From a virus (lineage: Duplodnaviria > Caudoviricetes): DNA of 54,134 nucleotides. Positions 47,342-54,134 of this stretch are shown one piece after another; the first letter of the stretch is position 1, and each line of letters begins with the position of its first letter. The notes under the pieces were generated by a model. It had not been told where the DNA came from, searched no databases, and saw only the letters and a list, made by a program, of their open reading frames with translations. The stretch spans positions 1 to 54,134 of the IMG/VR virus record IMGVR_UViG_3300046707_000080; one strand, given 5' to 3'. A program made the position numbers and the translations under genes.

Positions 47342-48751
47342 ATGACACATTTTTATGCTCATGGTGGACATGTAGGCGCAGATCCTAGAAAGCGTGATGC
47401 ATTACGTCATAGAAGTGCTGTTCATCCTGGACCGAAACATCATAATTCTCCGGCACATTTGAGATATTTTGCAGATGAACTTCGAAGGAAAGGTCATGGG
47501 CAAGATCAAATCCTTGCTCACATTAATCCTGAAGAAGCGATGGAGCTTGGATTATCGCATGGTTACAACATTAATCCTCAAACTGGATTACCACAATTTG
47601 GATTTTGGGATAATGCTAAGAAATTCTTACCTGCCGTCGGTGGATTGATAGGAAGCATGCTGTTTCCTCCTTTAGCACCAGGACTATTACCTGCCACTCT
47701 ATCGGGACTCGGAGGAGCAGCCGTGGGTGGTGCCCTTGGTGGAACCTTAGGAGGTGCGATAGCCAATCCTGAAGCTCCATTTAGAGGCACACTGCCGGGT
47801 CTGGGAGTAGGCGCAGGGGGACATTTATTAGGCTCTATGTTAGGCCTTGGAGGCAGTGGTGCGGGTGCTATGGGACAAATGGGTGGCGGCGCAGGTAGAT
47901 TATTAGGAGGCGCTACCAGTCCAATGATGGCAACAAACATTCTATCCTCTCTGATGGGTAAACAAAATAGTGGAGCACCACAACAATTAGCTGAACGAAC
48001 TGCTGCCTTCAATTCTTTACAAAAATCTGCACAAGTTCCAGAAAATACGGGATTCTTTGGCTCAATAGGCAATGGAATGAGAAGTTTTGGAAATAGCATT
48101 CTGAATAATCCATTACAAAGTGCATTATTAGGAACCGCTCTTTATGGAACTATTCATGAAGGAGAGCGGGCTAGGAAGCATAAAGAGAAGACGCCTCATC
48201 AAATAATGAATGAGATGAATCCTTATGCCCCAGAGAACTATAAACGTAGCAGAATTAAAAGAAGACGAGTATTACAACCGGGGGATGTGGGTTACGATCC
48301 AGAAAATCGTTATTACGAAGATACTAACCCAGAGATTGAATATTATGCAGAAGGTGGTTATGTTGAAGGGGATTCTGGTGGTCAAGATGATGATGTAAAA
48401 GCAGAACTTAAACCCGATGATTACATTATGGATGCAACGACTGTGAGCCTTGCAGGAGACGGTAATTCAATGTCCGGGGCAAAGCGTATTAAGCAAGAAA
48501 TAGAAGATAAATTTGCTCGAGGTGGAATTACTCGGGATTATCCACACAGTCATAAAATGAAGCCCATAGATGCGAGGCTTTCACCGGGAGAATATCGTAT
48601 TCCCAATCATGTGGTGAAAGCGGTTGGAAAAGGAGATCCGAAGGAAGGCGCTAAGGTATTGGATAAAATGAGAAACAATCTTAGAAAGCATAAAGGAGTT
48701 AAGAAATTTCTTCCTCCTAAATCTAAGCCTTTAACGGCTTATATGAGGTAA
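47342..48751 (+). CDS. Putative ejection protein with AxGG motifs and duplicated C-terminal domain
   Basis: ILAHINPEEA, INPQTGLPQF, Gly-zipper, AELKPDDYIM and ARLSPGEYRIP. Confidence 0.7.
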   Translation: MTHFYAHGGHVGADPRKRDALRHRSAVHPGPKHHNSPAHLRYFADELRRKGHGQDQILAHINPEEAMELGLSHGYNINPQTGLPQFGFWDNAKKFLPAVGGLIGSMLFPPLAPGLLPATLSGLGGAAVGGALGGTLGGAIANPEAPFRGTLPGLGVGAGGHLLGSMLGLGGSGAGAMGQMGGGAGRLLGGATSPMMATNILSSLMGKQNSGAPQQLAERTAAFNSLQKSAQVPENTGFFGSIGNGMRSFGNSILNNPLQSALLGTALYGTIHEGERARKHKEKTPHQIMNEMNPYAPENYKRSRIKRRRVLQPGDVGYDPENRYYEDTNPEIEYYAEGGYVEGDSGGQDDDVKAELKPDDYIMDATTVSLAGDGNSMSGAKRIKQEIEDKFARGGITRDYPHSHKMKPIDARLSPGEYRIPNHVVKAVGKGDPKEGAKVLDKMRNNLRKHKGVKKFLPPKSKPLTAYMR

Positions 48752-48754
48752 CGT

Positions 48755-50389
48755 ATGTATGGAATGAATCAATCGAATTTACCTGCTCATCTAGAGGGTG
48801 CTTTAAGACGCATTGCAGAGGAAGCTGAGCTTTTAAGACGAAGACAATATCAGCCTTATATTCCGCCTGAATTTCGTGCACCGGGTGCGCCCCCTGCTCC
48901 ACCTCCGCCTCCCAATCAAAGAGCGCCTGCGCCTATGTCTCAAGCTGCGCCTCAGCCACCGGTTGTCGTTGCTCCCGCTTCTCAGGCTCAACCTCCACGG
49001 TCTGCTGCTCAACCCTCTCGTATTCCAGTTCGAAGGGGAATGACAAATGCTGAGGTTATGCAAGCGCTCGCAAGACCTGTACGTCCTAGAGTGGCTCCTA
49101 CGCCAGTGCCAGCTAGAGGGGGAAGCGTAGATATTTTTCAGAATATGAGAGCTCCTACTAGAGCCGCTCCTACTCCTCCTGCGCCAACGCAAGCGCCCGC
49201 ATTATCTCCGGCAGCATTAGCGAGAGATCAGGCAAGGAATGCCGCCCAACGAGAACAGGCTCTTGATTCCATTAAAAGAGAAGATGAGTTAAGAATCGCA
49301 GCGGCTAGAATGCGTTTTCAAGCTGATTCATGGGCGCAACATCCAGAACATGGAGCACTCGCTCATTTGGGATTCGGTTCAGAGGCAAACCCTTATGCAC
49401 GTGAAGCCACTGCTTTAGAAGCTCAAGTAGCAGAATTAGCAAGAGCCAATGCACCCTCAAGATTAATGCTTGAGCAGGTTCCAGAAGCCTCTGTTGCAAG
49501 ATTGATGAGAGAGAGGGAAAGATTACAAGGAGCAAAAACCACTGAAGAATATCTTAGAATTCTTCAAGAATTAAGAAGTAGCGCAGTCAATGAAGCGTTA
49601 GCACATCCAAGACCCATGGGTCCACAACGTGAGTTTGGTTTACCTGAAGCTCAAAGTGCACGCCTTGCTCCTATCCCAGAAGATATGATGTCTGCTATGA
49701 AATTAGGGAGAGAGATGAATACTATTGCTCCCTATCAGAATGCGGCAAAACAGCATGCGGAACGTGCAGCTCTTTTTTCATTTCCAAGAGAATATCGAGA
49801 CTACATGAATCCCTATCAACAAGCGGTTGTAGATAGGATTAGAGAAGAAGGGGTTAGAACCTTAAGAGAACATATGATGCCGCAACTTGAATCAACCTTT
49901 ATTGGAAGAGGTCATCATGGTTCATCCAGACATCAACAACTTGCTGAAAGAGCAACCCGAGATATGTTAAATGAAATAACAGGACAACAATCCAAAGCAT
50001 TACATAAAGGATATTCGGAAGGCGCTCAAATCCAAGGTGCAGATAGAGCTCGTCAATTAGAAGCTGCGAGACAACTGGGTCAATTAGGACAACAAGCGCA
50101 TACCAGTCGATTAGCCGATATTGGTACGTTAGAGAATCAGGCCAGATATCTTCAGAATTGGGATCAACTACGTCGCAACATGGCTTATGAACAATATCAA
50201 CGTGAAGAAAATGCGCCGTGGGAATCTCTTGAAAGACAAGCCGCTATTCTCCATGGAATGCCTTATCAAGCTCTTACAAGCCGTAGAAGCTATGAGATGC
50301 CTGCGGAATCTACTTATGTTCCGTCCACAATGGGTAATATTGGTCAATTGGCGATGCAACTTGCGGGTCTTAATAGGATGAATCAATGA
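48755..50389 (+). CDS. Putative ejection protein with Pro-rich segment
   Basis: YQPY, YMNPYQQAVVD, GSSR, Gln/Ala helical core. Confidence 0.65.
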   Translation: MYGMNQSNLPAHLEGALRRIAEEAELLRRRQYQPYIPPEFRAPGAPPAPPPPPNQRAPAPMSQAAPQPPVVVAPASQAQPPRSAAQPSRIPVRRGMTNAEVMQALARPVRPRVAPTPVPARGGSVDIFQNMRAPTRAAPTPPAPTQAPALSPAALARDQARNAAQREQALDSIKREDELRIAAARMRFQADSWAQHPEHGALAHLGFGSEANPYAREATALEAQVAELARANAPSRLMLEQVPEASVARLMRERERLQGAKTTEEYLRILQELRSSAVNEALAHPRPMGPQREFGLPEAQSARLAPIPEDMMSAMKLGREMNTIAPYQNAAKQHAERAALFSFPREYRDYMNPYQQAVVDRIREEGVRTLREHMMPQLESTFIGRGHHGSSRHQQLAERATRDMLNEITGQQSKALHKGYSEGAQIQGADRARQLEAARQLGQLGQQAHTSRLADIGTLENQARYLQNWDQLRRNMAYEQYQREENAPWESLERQAAILHGMPYQALTSRRSYEMPAESTYVPSTMGNIGQLAMQLAGLNRMNQ

Positions 50390-51606
50390 TGACACCTGCT
50401 CAAGAAATGATGAGACAAATGTTAATGCAGCAGCAACAGCAGCTTCAGCAGAACCCTATTAACCAAGGAACCTTACAAGGGATGCAAGCGGCTAAACAAT
50501 CTATTCAGATGGATGAAATGGATAAGAATAGAGCCATGGGTCTTGGAATGTTTAACATGGGAACTCATCTGGGTAACCAAAATCTTAAGTTTGGTGAACG
50601 TCCTCGGGATGCATTCCAATTAATATCGCATGCGCTTCCTCATGGTGTAGAAGCTTATCTAGGAGAAGAGGATAGAGCTAAAAATCTGAATGCCACCTTA
50701 TTGGCTCGTCAAATGGAACAGCAAGAGCGTAAAAGAAGAGAGGAATTAAGGCTTGCTCAAATGGGTTATAAAATGGAACGTGAACAGACCAAGGAAGCTC
50801 AAGATAAGGCTTATAAAAAGCGATATCTCGATATTATGGCGGGTAGAGCTGGATTAAATGAAGGTGCACAGGAAGCGCCTCAACGTATGGTAGAGTTTAA
50901 TGATAAGAAGATAGACTTGAGTAAATATTCTCCTATTGAGACGCCTGCTCAATTAAATGCCTATTCCAAGGAATCAAGAGTTTGGGGTCAGGTAGTTAAA
51001 GACATGAAAAGTATTAAAAAAGACTTAGATAAGATGGAGAAAATGACAGAGAAAAATATTTTTGCGCCTTATGGTTCTGTTTTTAAAGAATTACCCAATA
51101 TTGGTAAAGATTACGTATCAAGATTGGCAGGGCCTGAGACAGAAAATGAAAAACTTCAAGATATTAATAAAGAAGTCACCTTAAGAGGAGATTTAATCTC
51201 TAAGTTTACATCCTTAGAGCCTATCTTAGAGAGAGCATCAAAAGGGGGTGTTCCTGATGCGCAGATGTTGGCAAGATTTAAAGATTTACGTGTTTATTTA
51301 TCTAAAGATGAACCTATAGACAGATTGCAATATAGATTAAAAAGGCTATTGGAAGATGCTGAAGATAGAGAATTATCCTCTAAAGCCTCTCTTAAATTTA
51401 AACATGAAATTGATTCTCTTAAAGGCGGAGAAGGGAAAGAAGCAGCAGAAGAAGCTATCGATATGGATTCATTGATAAACAATTTACGTTCTCGATCTCC
51501 AACCTTTGCAAAAATGTCTGATGAAGAGGCTAGAAAATGGATTGAGCAGGGTAATTATGACAAAACCCATCAGTTAATGAGAATTTCTGAAGGATCTGCT
51601 AAATGA
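50386..51606 (+). CDS. Putative ejection protein
   Basis: Helical, charged; position in the ejection gene block. Confidence 0.55.
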   Translation: MMTPAQEMMRQMLMQQQQQLQQNPINQGTLQGMQAAKQSIQMDEMDKNRAMGLGMFNMGTHLGNQNLKFGERPRDAFQLISHALPHGVEAYLGEEDRAKNLNATLLARQMEQQERKRREELRLAQMGYKMEREQTKEAQDKAYKKRYLDIMAGRAGLNEGAQEAPQRMVEFNDKKIDLSKYSPIETPAQLNAYSKESRVWGQVVKDMKSIKKDLDKMEKMTEKNIFAPYGSVFKELPNIGKDYVSRLAGPETENEKLQDINKEVTLRGDLISKFTSLEPILERASKGGVPDAQMLARFKDLRVYLSKDEPIDRLQYRLKRLLEDAEDRELSSKASLKFKHEIDSLKGGEGKEAAEEAIDMDSLINNLRSRSPTFAKMSDEEARKWIEQGNYDKTHQLMRISEGSAK

Positions 51607-54134
51607 CGAATTTTGATGATTTGAACAATCAAATAGCCCGAGAGCTTTCACAAAGTAATAGCTTTAAATCGTCTGAGTCTGATATCAATACAGAAATTGC
51701 CAAAGAGTTATTAGATTCAGAACGTAAACCGTCTCAAAAAAAATCGGCAGGAGAACCTCCTATTAGTCGCTTTATTAAAGAGGGATTAATTTCTGGTGCT
51801 ATTAATGTCGTTGATTTACCTCAAGATATAATTTCATTAGTGGGAGAGTTGCCGCTTGTTCCTAAGGTTGAATTACCGAGAGCCGCTCCCTATATAAAAA
51901 AGGGTTTAAAGCATTTAGGGGTAGAATTAGATACAGAGCCTAAAACATTTCAGCAGAAAGCCGCACGTCATGGATCTGAATTTGGCGCAGGCATGATAAC
52001 GTCTGGTAGTCTTGGTAATTTAATGAAGCTAGTTGGAATGGCAAAACAAATTCCAGGATTAGTGAATGTTTCTAAATTATTTGGGAATCCTTCTGGCGCT
52101 AAAGAGCTTGCAAAAATGGGTGCATTAGGTTCTGGAATAGGAACGATAGCGGCAGGCGCAGAGGAATTAGGAGCCACTCCATTAGGGGCTAATATAGGGG
52201 CAGCGGTTGGTTTACCGCTATCTATGGCGGCTTCGAGATATGGTGCAAAGAAGGTTGGTAAAGGATTAGGAACTGTATTTTCAAAGAAGTATAGAGAATC
52301 TGCGCAAAAAGGAGCGGTTAATAAAGAGGTGGGTGAATATTTAAGATCTGTGGTTGGAGAAGAAAACATTCCTAAGGTTTTAGAGAAACTATCGGAAACT
52401 GAAGAGCTTATTCCAGGCTATAAAGGAACCGTTGCTGAGAAAACAGGAAATGTGGGCCTCGCGCAATTAGAAAGAGCCAAAAGGGGTCATTATGCCCCTA
52501 TTTCAGAACAAAAAGCTCTAGATCAAGCATCTATCCAAGAAGCCATGGAAAAATTAGCCCCAACAGAACATGGTTTATTTGAAACAAAAGAGAGCATAGG
52601 AGAATTGGAAAGAGGACTTGAATCGAAAGCACGTGAAGCTGCGGAAGAATTTTCACATAGGGTTACTCCCAAAGAAGCGGGAGAGGAAATTAGAAAGACA
52701 GTTTCAGAGAAATTGGGTAAACATGAAGCTGAAAGAGAACGTGTGACAAAACCTCTTTATGAAGCGGTTGAAAAGTCTAAGGAACGTATTGCTCCTTCAA
52801 AAACAGAATCACTTATTGAAAAGAAAATGGAGATAGCGCGAAAAGGATCTAAGCTTAGGAATCATTTAGAAAAAATAAAGAATATGCTTCCGACTAATAT
52901 AATGTATGAGCCGACCGCACAAGAAGCAAAGGAAATGATTTCAAGCGGAGAATATAAAAAGTTTACAGGTAAGAAAATGACCATCCCTGAAGGGAAGCAT
53001 CCTTTACCTCAAGAGGTAAATCAGACTATTAAGGAAATAGATAATTATATTGGAAGCGCTAAGTCTTCTGGTGAAAATGAGCTTGCGAGAGAATTGCAGG
53101 AAGTAAAAAATGCAGTCTTAGAAGATTTAGAATCTGTTCCCATAGTTAAAGAAGCTCGCGCCGCTTATCATGAATATTCTAAGCCAATCAGTGAAATAAC
53201 TGAACATAGAACAATAGGGAAAATTGTTAAAAGAGATAAATATAATAAGGAATATACTATTGGGGAAGCAGAAATACCCAATACGATTATTAATAAATCG
53301 ATGGGTTCTATTAAAGATGCTGACGACTTATTGTCGCAGATTGGGCATGAGAAAAAGACTGTTAAATCCGTTGAGGGATACATTAACAATGAAATATTAA
53401 ATGATGTCACAGATGCCTTTGGAAATGTAGATGTTAAGAGGCTTGAGTCCTGGAAGAGAAAGAATCCAGGAGCATTTAAGATATATCCTCATTTAGATAC
53501 GAAATTAAAGAATCTACAAAATGCGCAAGGATTGGTGAACCATGCGAAAGTTCAAGGAATGAAAGAGACCGATTCTTATTTCAAAGGAGCATTTAAGGCA
53601 TTTACTGGAGAAGATCTAAACCAATATGTTCCTAAATTACTGCAAGGTCCACATAGAATAGAGAAAGTCAGGGAAGCTGTTAAGCTCGTGAAAGAAACGG
53701 GTTCTGATGCAGCCATGGAAGGATTAAGACGAGGATTTGTAAATGATATCAATAATTCTATTGGACTATCCTCTATTGGAGCAAAGGGGGTAAATAATAT
53801 TAGTTACGATGCTTATAGAAAATATTTGACTCAAAATAAGGGAGCTTTAAAGGAAGTATTTAATAGAGATCAAATGGATATCCTTGACAGAATGGAAAAA
53901 GTGTTGAAGAGAAGAACATTTGCGGAAACAGGTGGTGGCGCTATAGGATCTCCAACCGCCTCTAACGCCGTTATATTGGATGCCGCCTCTGGAATGACAG
54001 CGACAGCATTAAAATGGGCTGTGGGTAATATCTGGGGCGGTCAAAAGATTTTGGATTTCTTAGGTAAATTGCATAATAAAGTAAAGATAGATGCAAGAAA
54101 TGAACTTATTAATAGAGCTCTATTGGAACCAGAG
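51603..54134 (+). CDS. Large ejection / DNA-transfer protein, 885 aa across the junction (ends at 253)
   Basis: ATGA overlap at 51603; MTNFDDLNNQ...; Gly/Ala TM-like segments; GSPTA near the C-terminus; absent from the ORF track because its stop lies past the window end. Confidence 0.8.
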   Translation, partial: MTNFDDLNNQIARELSQSNSFKSSESDINTEIAKELLDSERKPSQKKSAGEPPISRFIKEGLISGAINVVDLPQDIISLVGELPLVPKVELPRAAPYIKKGLKHLGVELDTEPKTFQQKAARHGSEFGAGMITSGSLGNLMKLVGMAKQIPGLVNVSKLFGNPSGAKELAKMGALGSGIGTIAAGAEELGATPLGANIGAAVGLPLSMAASRYGAKKVGKGLGTVFSKKYRESAQKGAVNKEVGEYLRSVVGEENIPKVLEKLSETEELIPGYKGTVAEKTGNVGLAQLERAKRGHYAPISEQKALDQASIQEAMEKLAPTEHGLFETKESIGELERGLESKAREAAEEFSHRVTPKEAGEEIRKTVSEKLGKHEAERERVTKPLYEAVEKSKERIAPSKTESLIEKKMEIARKGSKLRNHLEKIKNMLPTNIMYEPTAQEAKEMISSGEYKKFTGKKMTIPEGKHPLPQEVNQTIKEIDNYIGSAKSSGENELARELQEVKNAVLEDLESVPIVKEARAAYHEYSKPISEITEHRTIGKIVKRDKYNKEYTIGEAEIPNTIINKSMGSIKDADDLLSQIGHEKKTVKSVEGYINNEILNDVTDAFGNVDVKRLESWKRKNPGAFKIYPHLDTKLKNLQNAQGLVNHAKVQGMKETDSYFKGAFKAFTGEDLNQYVPKLLQGPHRIEKVREAVKLVKETGSDAAMEGLRRGFVNDINNSIGLSSIGAKGVNNISYDAYRKYLTQNKGALKEVFNRDQMDILDRMEKVLKRRTFAETGGGAIGSPTASNAVILDAASGMTATALKWAVGNIWGGQKILDFLGKLHNKVKIDARNELINRALLEPE
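54008..54134. repeat. Terminal direct repeat, copy 2
   Basis: Identical to 1-127. Confidence 0.95.

Noticed and set aside
494-53410. Numerous 60-180 aa ORFs antisense to or nested in long genes (e.g. 13126..13665, 18854..19267, 29981..30409, 47578..48099, 51968..52369)
   Set aside because: Shadow frames of well-supported genes, without RBS or recognisable motifs
1-54134. Stop-codon reassignment
   Set aside because: Core genes are full length in the standard code, all three stops are used and no suppressor tRNA is seen

Overview
The window is a complete, circularly closed tailed-phage genome of 54,007 bp; bases 1-127 are repeated exactly at 54008-54134, the usual assembler overlap. The virion module is podovirus-like and runs from 27.1 kb through the junction to 2.7 kb: portal, a GG-motif protein, GroES-like co-chaperonin, scaffold, decoration protein, major capsid protein, adaptors and nozzle, four fibre-like proteins and five ejection-type proteins. 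One of these is an 885-aa ORF that crosses the junction and is missing from the ORF track. The 2.7-26.3 kb half holds regulators (CsrA, MarR, RHH, HigA-like, XRE), Bet, RusA, a lysozyme-like protein, an outer-membrane beta-barrel, dispersed terS and terL, a patatin, tRNA-Asn, a broken tRNA-Ile-like element, an HTH replication initiator and many small ORFs. I recognise no integrase, ParA/ParB, polymerase, helicase or CRISPR. Most notable: (i) a host-type parS palindrome plus DnaA boxes and iterons inside the initiator gene, suggesting an episome run on host ParB and DnaA; (ii) an xxxGG peptide motif shared by four virion-module proteins; (iii) at least seven sets of direct repeats sitting exactly on stop/RBS/start junctions of small genes; (iv) a phage csrA with GGA-rich candidate targets, including a multi-hairpin leader before the capsid genes; (v) diverged second copies of two head-module genes. 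CsrA, patatin and the beta-barrel hint at a Gram-negative, possibly intracellular Legionellales-like host (inference only). All product calls come from motif recognition by eye; no database searches were run.
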